A DNA stretch of 64,000 nt from Longimicrobiales bacterium (GCA_965218295.1 CBDCKN010000003.1:352001-416000), one strand, 5' to 3'; counted from the first letter of the stretch, positions 43,748 to 55,724 are shown. Numbers and translations are program-made. The notes: generated from the letters alone by a model not told the origin.

Positions 43748-44788
43748 TCACACGTTGAACCGCACGTGCATGATGTCGCCGTCGGCGACGACGTAGTCCT
43801 TTCCCTCGACCTGGAGACGCCCCGCGTCCTTCACCGCCTGCTCCGAGCGGTACTGCATGAAGGTCTCATACGGGATGACCTCGGCACGGATGAACCCACG
43901 CTCCAGGTCGGAGTGAATCCGTCCCGCGGCGGGTCGGGCTCTGGTGCCCCGGCCGATGGTCCACGCCCGCACCTCGTCGTGCCACACGGTGAAGAACGAG
44001 ATGAGGTCCATGAGGCCGTAGGCCGTCCGGATGAACCTGGCGAGGGCGGACTCTCCGAGGCCCAGGTCTTCGAGAAAGGCGGCCTGGTCTTCGGCGTCGA
44101 GTCCGGCGATCTCGGCCTCCACGCTGGCGGATAACACGAGACCTGCAGCGTGTAATTCGCTCAGACGGGACTCGAGATCCGGAGGCAAAGGGTCACCGGC
44201 CTGGTCCTCGGCGCGATTCAGGGCCACGAGGAGGGGCCGGTCCGAGAGCAAGCCGAAGCCCCTCAGGTAGTCACGATTCAACTCCTCGGCTGGGACGGAT
44301 CGCAGCGGGCGCTCCTCCTCCAGTGCCGCTTTCATCGTCTCGAACGAGGCCACCTCCTGCACGTCGGCCTGCTCCTTTCGTGCTCGGTCGAGCCGCCGCT
44401 CGACGATTTCGTGGTCGGCGAAGACGGACTCGGCGTGGAAGGCCTCCAGATCCCCCATGGGATCGGGGTCACCTTCGAGCGTGGGATTGGGAAAGTCCCT
44501 GAGCACCAGACAAAGCGCCTCCTGATCCCGGATCTGTTGAAGAGCCCGAGGCGAGAGGCCCTTCTTCTCGGCGCCGTGCTCCCCAGGGATGTCGCAGAAG
44601 CTCATCTCGGCATACGTGGTCTTCTTCGGCGAGAAGATGCGGGACAGCTCGTCGATCCGCGCGTCGGGCACCCTCACGGTGCCCAGGCGCACTTCGCCGC
44701 CGAAACCTACGGGCACGCCCAGGCCCGTCATCGCGTTGAACACCGTGGTCTTCCCTGAGCCCGCGAATCCAACCAAACCGATCTTCAT
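43748..44788 (-). CDS. ychF: YchF-like Obg-family NTPase (DUF933 C-terminus), atypical P-loop
   Basis: MKIGLVGFAGSGKTT, ISFFT, AAGRIHSDLERGFIRAEV, EGKDYVVADGD. Confidence 0.8.
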   Translation of the reverse strand: MKIGLVGFAGSGKTTVFNAMTGLGVPVGFGGEVRLGTVRVPDARIDELSRIFSPKKTTYAEMSFCDIPGEHGAEKKGLSPRALQQIRDQEALCLVLRDFPNPTLEGDPDPMGDLEAFHAESVFADHEIVERRLDRARKEQADVQEVASFETMKAALEEERPLRSVPAEELNRDYLRGFGLLSDRPLLVALNRAEDQAGDPLPPDLESRLSELHAAGLVLSASVEAEIAGLDAEDQAAFLEDLGLGESALARFIRTAYGLMDLISFFTVWHDEVRAWTIGRGTRARPAAGRIHSDLERGFIRAEVIPYETFMQYRSEQAVKDAGRLQVEGKDYVVADGDIMHVRFNV

Positions 44789-45572
44789 TCCTTCTCCGTT
44801 TTGCGAGGAAGGATACAGTATAGGCGGGGCTGATCCAGTGCGAGAGCGATGGACCGCGTTCCTGCCGATTGGTAGAATCTTCGCCAAGTCGGCAAACTGT
44901 GCTGTCCTTTTGCTACTTTTCCACACCGGAAAAGCACGTCAATCGGCCCCTCGCCACTGGCACGAATCTCGCAACCGATAGGCTCTCGCAGTACCACAGC
45001 AGCATCTCCACCGATCTTCCTCACCTCGAGGCGATGCGTCAGGAGAAGCCCCGAAACGGGAGATCTCCCATGCGTATTTTCTCGTTCCCACCGCGCGCCG
45101 GATGCACCGGCCCGGGTCAGTACCTGCTCGCACTGCAGGTTTGCCCCAGAGATTGGGATGGCGAACAGTTCTCGGCTCCTGGAGACACGAACCATGTATA
45201 GGGCGCCGGGCTCATCGGGCGGCGCCGGGTTCTTCGTCTTCTTCCTCTTCTTCCTCGTGGTTTGTAGCGCCCTGTACATGGGGGCGTGCCCAAGCTCCAC
45301 GGGAGATCCAGGACCGGCGGAAGCCCAGGTTCGTCCCTGGAGCTACTGAGGCAAGTAGCCTGGTGTCCCGTTGCCGAAGTTCGCGAGCCACCAAGAGGGT
45401 CGGGCCGGTGGGATCAAGGCGGGACGACGCGGCGTAGCGCAAGCGGGCACCGCGCGAAGCGTGGTCGTAAGTAGTCCCAACGCCGAGCCCACGGATGCAC
45501 CGTGCCCTCGACTGGCCGAGACACTTTGGTAACGGGACACTAACAGGGACAGCGACGACCAGGGGTCCACCG

Positions 45573-46950
45573 GAGGTTGGGTCAATAGGTGTGTAAACGT
45601 ATTAGGCGGCGTTCTTCCGCTGTTGGTGTGAGACGGGCTTTCCGTCTTCGAACTTTCTTCCTTCAAATACGTCCTTGAGGAGGTGAGGAGCGTCGAGCCT
45701 TCGGAACCGCTTCTCAGCCACCAAGAGCAACTTCCAGATTAGCGCCGTAGCGCTCTCGACCCGCTTGAACCGCTTCGCTGCTGTCGTCCTGAGCCGTACC
45801 GCGGCGAACGGGCTCTCGACCACGTTCGTCGTGCGTAGATGCTTCCAGTGGTCCTCGGGGAAGTCGTAGAACGCTACCATCCGCTCCCAGTCGTCCTCGA
45901 GTACGTCCACTGCTTTCGGATACCACGGCCTATAGCGTCGGGCGAACACCTCGCGGGCCTTCAGGGCCTCGGCCCGGCTCGGTGCGTAGACCACGGCCCG
46001 GAGAAGATCCTTCGCCTCGCCCTGCTCCCGCTGAGGTAGTCGGTCCAGCACGTTCCTCATCTTGTGGTTCCAGCACCGTTGCTCGCCCGCCTCAGGCCAT
46101 ACCTGCCGTACTGCGCCCCAGATCGCAGCGTTACCGTCCGCCATCAGAAGCCGGGGCGCCTCGATGCCGCGTGCCTTCAGGTCCCGCAACACCTCGGACC
46201 AGGACTCGACCGACTCTCGGTAGCCCGCTCTCAGGGCCAACACCTCTTTCGTCCCGTCTCGCATGGCACCCAGCACCACCAGCAGCGCCGCTTTGTCCCG
46301 CTCCAGCCCTGCCTTCACATAGATCCCGTCCGCCCACACGTAGACGACCTCACGACCCTCCAGGCGACGCTGGCTCCATTCCTCGAACTCCGCCGTCCAT
46401 CCCGCCCGCAGCCGCCGAATCGAAGACTTCGACAGCGGTGCCCCCTCGCCCAGCAGGCCCCGCATCGCCAACTCGAAGTCTCCCTCCGCCAGTCCGTGCA
46501 GATACAGCTCCGGAAGCAGAGCGCCCAGCTCCTTCGTCCGCCTCGCGAACAACGGCAGCACGCGGCTCTCGAACCGCTCCTCAAGGCCTCGAACTCGAGG
46601 GCGTCGGAGTGTGATCGTGCCCGAGCTCATCGCCAGCCGCCTCGGCTTGCCGTATCCGTTGCGGTAGCCCTCGGTCGCGTCCACCACCCTCCTGCGCTCT
46701 GACTTCTCTCGCCCTAGCAACTCCGTGACTTCCTCCTCCAAGATCTGTTGAATGAACTCCTGCGCCTTCTCCCGAACCACTTCTTCCAGAACTTCCCACA
46801 CGGGCGTCCTGGACTCACCCTCGGGTCCCACCGTATTCTTCCTCACGAGGCGTCGTTCCTTTCCCCCGGGCTGTCACCCGGAGTTCGCTGGTTATTACTC
46901 AGCGGAAAGGTACGTCGCCTCTCTTTTTACACACCCTTTGATCCTAGCTC
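45573..46950 (-). mobile_element. IS256-family element copy 3 (transposase 45602-46846)
   Basis: Same IRs; perfect 8-bp TSD GTCCACCG. Confidence 0.95.
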
Positions 46951-47087
46951 GTCCACCGGAGTTGTGCTTCTATTGGTGCGAGACCGCAGTCATCGGCGCT
47001 CATGGCCGTGTTCATCGTGCTCAAGATCGTGGTGGATGTGATCGCACCCTTGAGGGAGCACGCGGCAAGCCGGCGGGACGCTCAGGG

Positions 47088-47120
47088 TTGACAGCCCCAG
47101 GCGTCTTCCATCATATCTAT
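47088..47120 (+). promoter_or_regulatory. Candidate sigma70 promoter of the leu operon
   Basis: TTGACA at 47088-47093; weak AT-rich -10 about 17-20 bp downstream. Confidence 0.45.
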
Positions 47121-47173
47121 GCATTCTCGTTCACGGTGCGGCGCCATGCGCCCCGCCCAAGGGAGCCCACGGC

Positions 47174-47242
47174 ATGATCTGGACTCAGGCGCTGACCTTT
47201 AGCCTTGACGCCCTTCGACTTATCGGGCTTTTCGGCCGATGA
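47174..47242 (+). CDS. leuL: leu operon leader peptide MIWTQALTFSLDALRLIGLFGR
   Basis: 22 aa with 5 Leu codons (4 CTT); GGGAG RBS; followed by antiterminator and terminator. Confidence 0.7.
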   Translation: MIWTQALTFSLDALRLIGLFGR

Positions 47243-47305
47243 GAGGGCACCGGTTCGTGCGGCTCGGGGCAGCCTGAGCGGGCGAGACCGGAAGCGCGAA
47301 ACGCG

Positions 47306-47341
47306 CGGGCCCTCTCGGAAACGGGGGGGCCCGGTTTTTTT
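47306..47341 (+). terminator. Attenuator terminator upstream of leuA
   Basis: CGGGCCCTCTCG-GAAA-CGGGGGGGCCCG followed by G and T7. Confidence 0.85.
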
Positions 47342-47362
47342 GGGACTGGCATAGGAAGAACC

Positions 47363-48919
47363 ATGGCCAAGATCAGAATCTTCGATACGACGCTCCGGGA
47401 CGGTGAGCAGTCTCCAGGGTGCACGATGTCCACGGCCGAGAAGCTCAGGATGGCGCATCAGCTCGATGAGTTGGGCGTCGACGTCATCGAGGCGGGCTTC
47501 CCAGTGGCATCGGAGGGCGACTTCAACGGCGTGCGATCCATCGTCCGCGAGGTGCGTCGGCCCATCATCGCGGCCCTGGCGCGGGCGCACCCGGTCGATG
47601 TCGACCGGGCGGCGGCGGCGGTGGAGGAAGCGGAGCACGCGCGGGTGCACGTCTTCCTTGCCACTTCGGACGTCCATCTCGAGCACAAGCTGGAGATCAC
47701 CCGAGACGAATGCCTGGACCAGGTGGTGGACGCCGTCGAGAGGGCCCGGCGACTCGCCGACGACGTGGAGTTCAGCGCCGAAGACGCGACCCGGACTGAC
47801 GCGGCGTTCCTCTGTCAGGTTATACAGGCAGCAGTGGAGGCGGGCGCCACTACCATCAACATCCCCGACACCGTGGGCTATACCTTGCCCAGGGAGTACG
47901 CGGCGCTGATGGAGACACTGTTCCGCGATGTTGAGGGTCTGGAGAACACGGTGGTCAGCGTCCACTGCCACGACGATCTGGGGCTGGCGGTCGCGAACTC
48001 TCTGGCGGCCATCGAGGCTGGGGCGCAGCAGGTCGAGTGCACCATCAACGGCATCGGGGAGCGTGCCGGCAACACGTCTCTCGAGGAGATCGTGATGGCC
48101 CTCAAGGTGCGCGGGGACCTGACCGAGCACCACACGGACGTCAACACGCGATCCCTGTACAAGGCGAGCCAGCTCCTGTCGCACCTGACCGGGATACACC
48201 CCCAGCCCAACAAGGCCATCGTGGGCAAGAACGCCTTCGCTCACGAAGCCGGCATCCATCAGCACGGCATGCTCAAGGAGAAGATGACGTACGAGATCAT
48301 GACCCCGGAGATGGTCGGCGCTCCCGGCACGCAGCTGGTCCTCGGGAAGCACTCCGGGCGGCACGGCCTCAAGAACCGGTACTACGAGCTGGGTTACGAG
48401 CTGGAGTCCGAGGAGCTGGACCGGGCCTACAAGCTGTTCACCCTCCTGGCGGACCAGAAGAAGACGGTCCTAGACGAAGATCTCCTGGTGATCCTGCACC
48501 ATGGGGCCATGGTGGACACCCCGAGGTCGTTCCGGCTCATCGAGCTGGACGTGCACTGCGGCGGCAAGTGGTCCACGGCGCGCGTGCGCCTCACCCACGG
48601 GGACGGCCCTCCCATGGAGGCCTCCGGCAAAGGCGACGGACCCATCGCAGCAGCGTTCTCGGCCATCGACGAGCTGACCGACTCCACCGTCGAGATCGCG
48701 GATTTCGAGATCGTGGCTGCCACTCCGGGTCGGGACGCCGTCGGCGAGGTGAACCTCCACGCCCGCATCGACGGACGGACCTTCGCCGGGCGAGGGGCGT
48801 CTACCGATGTGGTGGACGCCGCGGCCCGCGCCTACATCCATGCCCTTAACAAGGCGGAGCAGGCCAAGACCCTCGAGGGGATGGAACTGGAGAAGGAAAG
48901 CTACCTTTGGGGCGTCTGA
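47363..48919 (+). CDS. leuA: 2-isopropylmalate synthase
   Basis: DTTLRDGEQ, HCHDDLG, GERAGN, AHEAGIHQ, LGKHSG, regulatory domain. Confidence 0.96.
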   Translation: MAKIRIFDTTLRDGEQSPGCTMSTAEKLRMAHQLDELGVDVIEAGFPVASEGDFNGVRSIVREVRRPIIAALARAHPVDVDRAAAAVEEAEHARVHVFLATSDVHLEHKLEITRDECLDQVVDAVERARRLADDVEFSAEDATRTDAAFLCQVIQAAVEAGATTINIPDTVGYTLPREYAALMETLFRDVEGLENTVVSVHCHDDLGLAVANSLAAIEAGAQQVECTINGIGERAGNTSLEEIVMALKVRGDLTEHHTDVNTRSLYKASQLLSHLTGIHPQPNKAIVGKNAFAHEAGIHQHGMLKEKMTYEIMTPEMVGAPGTQLVLGKHSGRHGLKNRYYELGYELESEELDRAYKLFTLLADQKKTVLDEDLLVILHHGAMVDTPRSFRLIELDVHCGGKWSTARVRLTHGDGPPMEASGKGDGPIAAAFSAIDELTDSTVEIADFEIVAATPGRDAVGEVNLHARIDGRTFAGRGASTDVVDAAARAYIHALNKAEQAKTLEGMELEKESYLWGV

Positions 48920-48920
48920 C

Positions 48921-50048
48921 ATGAATTGGCGCATCGCCGTTCTCCCCGGGGACGGAGTCGGCTCCGAGGTAATCGACGCGGCTGTTCTAGTGCTTCGGGC
49001 GACAGCCGAGCGCTTCGGTCACGAAGCGAGCCTGGACTTCCACGACGTGGGCTGGGCCGCCTACGACCGCCACGGCGTCCCGCTTCCCGAAGACACCCTG
49101 GAGGCCTGTCGGTCGGCAGACGCCGTGCTCCTGGGAGCCGTCGGCGATCCCCGCGGAGACGGCCTCGATCCCGAGGTACGGCCGGAGGCGGCTCTCCTGG
49201 CCTTGCGGCAGGAGATGGGGTGCTTCGCAAACCTCCGTCCGGTTCGTCTCCTCGCCGCCCTCGCGGACGCGTCTCCACTGCGCCGCGAGCGTGTCGACGG
49301 CACGGACCTGGTGATCGTCCGCGAGCTGGCCGGCGGGATCTACTACGGAAAGCCCCGCGGCGCCGTCGACGGCGGCCAGGCCGCAGTGGACACCATGCGG
49401 TACCACCGGGACGAAGTCGTCAGGATTGCCAAGGTGGCCTTCGAGACGGCCCGGGGCCGGCGGAAGAAGGTCCTCTCCATCGACAAGGCCAACGTCCTCC
49501 ACAGCTCGAGACTCTGGCGCGAGGTGGTCGACGGCGTGGCGGAGGATTATCCCGATGTGGAGTGCCATCACATGCTCGTCGACCGGGCCGCCATGGAGCT
49601 CGTGCTCAATCCCACCCGCCTCGACGTGATGCTCACGCCGAACCTCTTCGGCGACGTGTTGAGCGACGAAGCCGCCGCGGTGGTGGGATCCATCGGGCTG
49701 CTTGCTTCCGCGAGCATCGGTGGAGACGGTGGAATCTTCGAGCCGGTCCACGGCTCGGCGCCGGACATCGCAGGAACGGGCGCTGCCAATCCCCTCGCCA
49801 CCATCCTGTCGGCGGCACTGCTGCTCCGTCACGTCTACGGACACGAGGCGGAGGCCAGGGCCATCGAAACCGCGGTGGAACAGGTCCTTGAGGGCGGGCT
49901 GCGAACACCGGACCTGGCTCGTGGCGATGAGCCAGCGGTTGGAACGGAAGCCATGGGTGAAGCGGTGGCCGAGGCCGTAGCGAGTGCCGAGGCCGGTGTC
50001 GTGAGCGTCGACGACGTGGCGAGCGAAGAGACGTCATCCCATGCCTAG
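48921..50048 (+). CDS. leuB: 3-isopropylmalate dehydrogenase
   Basis: [50 protein letters not shown]. Confidence 0.96.
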   Translation: MNWRIAVLPGDGVGSEVIDAAVLVLRATAERFGHEASLDFHDVGWAAYDRHGVPLPEDTLEACRSADAVLLGAVGDPRGDGLDPEVRPEAALLALRQEMGCFANLRPVRLLAALADASPLRRERVDGTDLVIVRELAGGIYYGKPRGAVDGGQAAVDTMRYHRDEVVRIAKVAFETARGRRKKVLSIDKANVLHSSRLWREVVDGVAEDYPDVECHHMLVDRAAMELVLNPTRLDVMLTPNLFGDVLSDEAAAVVGSIGLLASASIGGDGGIFEPVHGSAPDIAGTGAANPLATILSAALLLRHVYGHEAEARAIETAVEQVLEGGLRTPDLARGDEPAVGTEAMGEAVAEAVASAEAGVVSVDDVASEETSSHA

Positions 50049-51441
50049 GACGATGCTGGACAAGATCTGGGACGCCCATCTCGTGCACAGCGAGGAGGGC
50101 AGGCCGGACCTCCTTTACATCGATCTCCACCTCCTCCACGAGGTGACCTCGGCGCAAGCGTTCGAGGGGCTTCGCCTGGCGGGCCGGACTGTGCGGCGTC
50201 CCGAGCTCTGTGTGGCCACCGTCGACCACAACGTGCCCACCACCGACCGCTCCCTTCCCATCCTCGACGACCTGGCCCGTCTCCAGATCGGGGCGCTCAG
50301 CAGGAACGCAGAGGAATTCGGGATCGAGCTTTTCGACGTCGACAGCCCCCACCAGGGTATCGTCCACATCATTGGACCGGAGATGGGCTTCACCCAGCCC
50401 GGCATGACCATCGTGTGCGGCGACAGCCACACGTCTACGCACGGAGCGTTCGGGGCTCTGGCCATGGGGATCGGCACATCCCAGGTCGAGCACGTGCTGG
50501 CGACGCAGTGCATGCCCAGGGCCCGGCCCAAGTCCATGGAGATCCGGGTCAATGGGGAGCTGCCGCCTGGAGTGACGGCGAAGGACCTGATCCTCGGCAT
50601 CATCGCCCAGATCGGGATAGCGGGCGGCACCGGCCACGTCATCGAGTACACGGGCGAGGCAGTCCGAGCGCTCTCCATGGAGGAGCGCATGACGGTCTGC
50701 AACATGTCCATCGAAGCGGGTGCTCGCGCCGGCATGATCGCTCCCGACGAGACTACCTTCCGCTATCTGGAGGGACGGCCCAGGGCGCCCCAGGGGGACG
50801 CATTCGAGCACGCCGTGTCCCGCTGGCGGGAGGTCGCCACCGACGAAGGGTCCACCTTCGACAAGACCGTGGAGGTCGATGCAGCGTCCCTGGAGCCCTT
50901 CGTCACGTGGGGGACCAACCCGGGGATGTCGATCCCGGTCACGGGAAGCATCCCGGGCCCCGAATCCGCCGCATCGGCCGACGATCGGGAGGCGGTGGAG
51001 CGGGCTCTCGCCTACATGGACCTGAAGCCCGGTACTCCCATCCAAGAGGTCTCCATCGACCGGGTCTTCCTGGGATCCTGCACCAACGCCCGAATCGAGG
51101 ACCTGCGGGCCGCCGCCTCGGTCCTGGACGGTCACGAAGTCCACGAGAGTGTCCGTGCCATGGTGGTTCCCGGATCGGCGGCGGTGAAGCGCGCCGCCGA
51201 AGAAGAGGGCCTCGACCGGGTGTTCATCGAGGCGGGCTTCGAGTGGCGGGAAGCGGGGTGCTCCATGTGCTTGGGGATGAACCCGGACATCCTGGGCCCC
51301 GGCGAGCGCTGCGCATCCACCTCCAACCGTAACTTCGAGGGACGCCAGGGGCGGGGGGGACGAACGCACCTGGTGAGCCCGCAGATGGCGGCGGCCGCGG
51401 CCGTAGCCGGCCGCTTCGTCGACATTCGGGATTGGGTCTGA
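50041..51441 (+). CDS. leuC: 3-isopropylmalate dehydratase large subunit
   Basis: [41 protein letters not shown]. Confidence 0.97.
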   Translation: MPRTMLDKIWDAHLVHSEEGRPDLLYIDLHLLHEVTSAQAFEGLRLAGRTVRRPELCVATVDHNVPTTDRSLPILDDLARLQIGALSRNAEEFGIELFDVDSPHQGIVHIIGPEMGFTQPGMTIVCGDSHTSTHGAFGALAMGIGTSQVEHVLATQCMPRARPKSMEIRVNGELPPGVTAKDLILGIIAQIGIAGGTGHVIEYTGEAVRALSMEERMTVCNMSIEAGARAGMIAPDETTFRYLEGRPRAPQGDAFEHAVSRWREVATDEGSTFDKTVEVDAASLEPFVTWGTNPGMSIPVTGSIPGPESAASADDREAVERALAYMDLKPGTPIQEVSIDRVFLGSCTNARIEDLRAAASVLDGHEVHESVRAMVVPGSAAVKRAAEEEGLDRVFIEAGFEWREAGCSMCLGMNPDILGPGERCASTSNRNFEGRQGRGGRTHLVSPQMAAAAAVAGRFVDIRDWV

Positions 51442-51444
51442 CCC

Positions 51445-52047
51445 GTGGAGCCTTTCACCACACACACCGGGCTGGTGGCGCCGTTGGATCGCGTCGACGT
51501 GGACACAGATCAGATCATCCCGAAGCAGTTCCTGAAGCGGATCGAGCGCACCGGATACGGCCAGTTTCTCTTTCACGATTGGCGCGCCCGTGAGGACGGC
51601 TCTCCGGACCCCGACTTCTCCCTCAACCGCCCCGAGTACGCCGGAGCCAGCATCCTCGTCGCGGGCCGAAACTTCGGATGTGGCTCGTCCAGGGAGCACG
51701 CGCCCTGGGCGCTGACCGACTTCGGATTCCGGGCCGTCATCGCGCCGAACTTCGCCGACATCTTCAGAAGCAACAGCTTCCAGAATGGCTTGCTGCCCAT
51801 CGAACTGGCCGAAGACGAGGTCGCGCATGTCATTGCGGCGGCCCAGTCCGGCGGCGGGTACTCCATGAGGGTGGATCTGAAGGCGCAACAGGTCAGTGAC
51901 AAAAACGGCTGGCAAGCAGACTTCTCCATCGATCCCTTCCGGAGGCGCTGCCTTCTGAACGGCGTCGACGACATCGCCCTCACGCTCCAGCTCGAGAGCC
52001 GGATCCAGGTGTTCGAGGACGCGCGGAGGGCAGCGGCCACGGGTTGA
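51445..52047 (+). CDS. leuD: 3-isopropylmalate dehydratase small subunit
   Basis: [24 protein letters not shown]. Confidence 0.97.
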   Translation: MEPFTTHTGLVAPLDRVDVDTDQIIPKQFLKRIERTGYGQFLFHDWRAREDGSPDPDFSLNRPEYAGASILVAGRNFGCGSSREHAPWALTDFGFRAVIAPNFADIFRSNSFQNGLLPIELAEDEVAHVIAAAQSGGGYSMRVDLKAQQVSDKNGWQADFSIDPFRRRCLLNGVDDIALTLQLESRIQVFEDARRAAATG

Positions 52048-52063
52048 GTGCCCTCGCCTCGTG

Positions 52064-53749
52064 TCAGCTAGTCGTCGCCCCCGTGGCGGCCGACGACACC
52101 AGCCGTGCGTACTTGGCCATGACCCCAGGAGTGATCTTCCGGTCCGTGGGCCGCCACTCCTTCAGCCTGGCTCGCAACTCATCGTCTCCAAGGTTGACCG
52201 AGAGCGTACGAGCCGGAATGTCGAAGGTGATCTCATCGCCGTCCCGGACGGCGGCGATCGGCCCGCCCGCCACCGCCTCGGGTGCCACATGACCCGCCAT
52301 GAGCCCGTGCGTCGCACCGGAGAATCGACCGTCGGTGAGGAGGCCCACCGTTTCGCCCAATCCGGCCCCGGCGATGGCCGCAGTGACCGCCAGCATCTCC
52401 CGCATGCCGGGCCCGCCGCGGGGCCCCTCACCCCGGATGACCACAACGTCTCCCTCTCGAATCGATCCGCTCTGGACCGCCTCGAAAGCCGTTTCCTCCT
52501 GTTCGAAGACGCGGGCCGGCCCCGAGTGGTACGTCCGCTCGTGGCCGGCCACCTTCAGCACACATCCGTCGGGAGCCAGGTTGCCCTCGAGCACTACCAA
52601 ACCGCCCTGTGCCTTGAGGGGATCGGATACGGGCCGCACGACCTCCTGCCCCGGCGCCTCCATGGCGCCTTCGGTCTCATCCGCCAGTGTCCGTCCGGTG
52701 ACGGTCATGGCTTCTCCATGCAGGAGTCCGGCATCCAGCAGCCGTCGCGTGACCAGCGCGACCCCGCCCGCTCGGTGCAGGTCGGTGGCCACGAATCGCC
52801 CCCCGGGCTTCAGATCGGCGATGAGGGGCGTCCTGGCGCTGATGCGATCGAAGTCGCGCATTTCGAGCGCTACGCCCGCTTCATGAGCCAAAGCCATCAG
52901 GTGCAGCACCGAGTTGGTGGACCCGCCCGTCGCCACGGCGACGGCGATCCCGTTCTCCAGGCTCTTGCGCGTGATGATGTCTCGCGGGCGAAGCTCCGAT
53001 TGGACCAGCTCCACGGCCAGGCGTCCACACGCCCGTGCCACCTCTTCCTTGGCAGGGTCGACCGCCGGGACGGATCCACTGCCCATTGGCGAGACCCCCA
53101 TCGCCTCGAAGATCGTGGCCATGGTGTTCGCCGTGAACTGGCCACCACAGGCACCCGGACCCGGGCAGGCCGCTCTCTCGAGCTCATCCAGGTCCTCCTG
53201 GCTCATGCGCCCGGCGGCGCACGCGCCGATGCCCTCGAAGACGTCCTGGATGGTCACGTCCCGACCTCGATATCGACCGGGCTGGATTGAGCCGCCATAC
53301 AGCATGAGCGAAGGCCGATCCAGCCGAGCCATCGCCATGACCGTGGCCGGAATGGTCTTGTCACAGCCGGAGAGCGTGACCAGGCCATCGAAGTGGTATC
53401 CCCGGGCCACCAGCTCGATGGAGTCCGCCACGACCTCCCTGCTCACCAGCGACGCCTTCATCCCCGCCGTGCCCATGGTGATGCCGTCCGAGACGGCGAT
53501 GGTGTTGAACTCGAGGGCCGCGCCCCCCGCTTCCCGGACGCCCTCCTTCACCCAGGCGCCGAGCTCCCGAAGATGGGCGTTGCAGGGAGTGGTGTCGGTC
53601 CAGGTGTTAGCGACGCCGATCAAGGGCCGGCCGAAGTCGTCATCCCCTAGGCCCACTGCCCGAAGCATCGCACGAGCGCCGGCGCGGTCCCGTCCGAGGA
53701 CGAGGTCGTGGCTGATGAGCGGAAGCCGACGAGTGGACTCACCGCTCAT
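52064..53749 (-). CDS. ilvD: Dihydroxy-acid dehydratase
   Basis: TPCN, SDGITMG, CDKTIP, CGGQFTANTM, GGSTN, GPGMREM, TDGRFSG. Confidence 0.96.
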   Translation of the reverse strand: MSGESTRRLPLISHDLVLGRDRAGARAMLRAVGLGDDDFGRPLIGVANTWTDTTPCNAHLRELGAWVKEGVREAGGAALEFNTIAVSDGITMGTAGMKASLVSREVVADSIELVARGYHFDGLVTLSGCDKTIPATVMAMARLDRPSLMLYGGSIQPGRYRGRDVTIQDVFEGIGACAAGRMSQEDLDELERAACPGPGACGGQFTANTMATIFEAMGVSPMGSGSVPAVDPAKEEVARACGRLAVELVQSELRPRDIITRKSLENGIAVAVATGGSTNSVLHLMALAHEAGVALEMRDFDRISARTPLIADLKPGGRFVATDLHRAGGVALVTRRLLDAGLLHGEAMTVTGRTLADETEGAMEAPGQEVVRPVSDPLKAQGGLVVLEGNLAPDGCVLKVAGHERTYHSGPARVFEQEETAFEAVQSGSIREGDVVVIRGEGPRGGPGMREMLAVTAAIAGAGLGETVGLLTDGRFSGATHGLMAGHVAPEAVAGGPIAAVRDGDEITFDIPARTLSVNLGDDELRARLKEWRPTDRKITPGVMAKYARLVSSAATGATTS

Positions 53750-54699
53750 CGGACGGACACCCGCTTCGGTTGATTCACCAGGCTCCTCCACCCGTGGGGA
53801 TCCGGCCGTTCTCCACGGACGAGATCCATGTACTCCTTCTGCAGCCACTTGGTGAGAGGGCCGACGCCCCCATCCGCGACAAAGATCCGGTCGACGCTTC
53901 GGACAGGAGTGATCTCTGCGGCGGTTCCGGTCAAGAAGAGCTCCTCGGCCAGGTAGAGCATCTCCCTGGGTATGGCTTGTTCTCGTGTGGGAATCCCGAG
54001 ATTATTTGCCAAGGTCAGCACCGAATCCCGCGTGATCCCGCGGAGGTTGGTGCCGTCGAGCGGCGGCGTCATGAGCGTGCCCCCGCTCACGACGAAGAGA
54101 TTCTGGGCGCTGCCCTCGCTGACCAGCCCATCCGGCCGTAGGCCGATGGCCTCGGCGTACCCGTTCGCCTCCGCCTCCATCTTCATGAGTTGGCTCACCA
54201 GGTAGGTACCGCCGGCCTTGGCCATGGTGGGCAGGGTGTTGGGCGCCGGCCGATTCCAGCTCGAGACGCAGACGTCCACGCCCTCCTCGAGGGCCGCCGA
54301 GCCGAGGTACTGCCCCCAGGGCCAGCAGACGACATACGTTTCCACGGGGCTGGCGGCGGGGTGCACGCCCAGGGCGCCGAGGCCGCGAAAAGCCACAGGA
54401 CGGATATAGCCCGAGCTCAGACCGTTGGCTCGCACGACCTCACGACACGCCTCGGCCAGGGTCTCGGCGCTCACGTTCATGGGCATGCGATAGATCCGTG
54501 CGGAATCGAGGAAGCGCTTCACATGGTCTTCGAGCCGAAAGATGGACGGACCGTCTGGTGTCTCGTATAACCGGATCCCCTCGAACACCGATGAACCGTA
54601 GTGCACCACGTGACTCATGACGTGGAGCTGTCCGGCATCCCACGGGACGATCTCCCCGTCTTTCCAGATCCAGTCGGTCTTCTCTGAGAAGTCAGCCAC
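53746..54699 (-). CDS. ilvE: Branched-chain amino acid aminotransferase
   Basis: HYGSSVFEG, YIRP, AKAGG.Y, GITRDS, TGTAAEITPV. Confidence 0.95.
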   Translation of the reverse strand: MADFSEKTDWIWKDGEIVPWDAGQLHVMSHVVHYGSSVFEGIRLYETPDGPSIFRLEDHVKRFLDSARIYRMPMNVSAETLAEACREVVRANGLSSGYIRPVAFRGLGALGVHPAASPVETYVVCWPWGQYLGSAALEEGVDVCVSSWNRPAPNTLPTMAKAGGTYLVSQLMKMEAEANGYAEAIGLRPDGLVSEGSAQNLFVVSGGTLMTPPLDGTNLRGITRDSVLTLANNLGIPTREQAIPREMLYLAEELFLTGTAAEITPVRSVDRIFVADGGVGPLTKWLQKEYMDLVRGERPDPHGWRSLVNQPKRVSVR

Positions 54700-54719
54700 G
54701 GCGGGCTTCCCTTCCTCGC

Positions 54720-55724
54720 TCACAGCCAAGCCATGCGCGACCGAAGCGCATCCCCGACCTTCTCGATGGTGTGGGTCCGCTCCTGCTCCCGCAGGCGCTC
54801 GAACTCGCGACCACCACAGCGGGCCTCTTCGATCCACTTGCGGGCGAAGGCCCCGGACTGGATCTCGTCCAGGATCTCCTTCATGGCGGCTCTGCTGGCG
54901 TCGCCGATGACTCGCCGGCCGCTGACGTAGTCACCGTATTCGGCCGTGTCGCTGATCTCGGCTCGCATCCCCGAGAGCCCTCGGGCGTAGGCCAGGTCGA
55001 CGATGAGCTTCATCTCGTGGAGACACTCGAAGTAGGCGAGCTGGGGATCGTATCCGGCATCCACGAGCGTCTCGAAGCCCGCTTTGACGAGCTCGCTCAG
55101 CCCGCCGCACAGAACCGCCTGCTCTCCGAAGAGGTCCGTCTCGGTCTCGGCGGCGAACGTGGTCTGAAGGACCCCCGCCCGGGTGCAGCCCAGCCCGTCG
55201 GCATAGGCCAGAGCCAGGTCGAGGGCCTTTCCGCTGGCATCGTGGTGGACGCCGATGAGGGCGGGCACTCCTCGCCCGGCCCGATACTCGTCCCTGACCA
55301 TGTCGCCCGGCGACTTGGGCGCCACCAGCACCGTGTCCACGTGCTCCGGCGGTCGGATCTCGCCGTAGTGGATGTTGAAGCCGTGGGCGAAGAGGAGGAC
55401 GTCGCCTTCCGCCAGGTGCGGCTCGACCTCCACGTCATACACCGCCGGCTGCTTCGTGTCGGGCAGCAGGAGGGCCACCGTATCGGCCCATTGGGCCGCC
55501 TCCGCGACCGTCATTACCTCCAGACCCTGCTCGCGCGCGGCATCGGCGGAGGGGCTGCCCTCGTAGAGCCCCACCACAACCGAAACGCCGCTGTCTCGAA
55601 GGTTCAGGGCGTGCGCATGCCCCTGGCTTCCATATCCGACGACAGCCACTCGTCGACTGTCCAGGAGAGCACGGTCGGCATCGGTCGGCTCGAAGAACCT
55701 CGCGTCGAACTTCTCTTCACTCAT
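54720..55724 (-). CDS. ilvC: Ketol-acid reductoisomerase
   Basis: [46 protein letters not shown]. Confidence 0.97.
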   Translation of the reverse strand: MSEEKFDARFFEPTDADRALLDSRRVAVVGYGSQGHAHALNLRDSGVSVVVGLYEGSPSADAAREQGLEVMTVAEAAQWADTVALLLPDTKQPAVYDVEVEPHLAEGDVLLFAHGFNIHYGEIRPPEHVDTVLVAPKSPGDMVRDEYRAGRGVPALIGVHHDASGKALDLALAYADGLGCTRAGVLQTTFAAETETDLFGEQAVLCGGLSELVKAGFETLVDAGYDPQLAYFECLHEMKLIVDLAYARGLSGMRAEISDTAEYGDYVSGRRVIGDASRAAMKEILDEIQSGAFARKWIEEARCGGREFERLREQERTHTIEKVGDALRSRMAWL

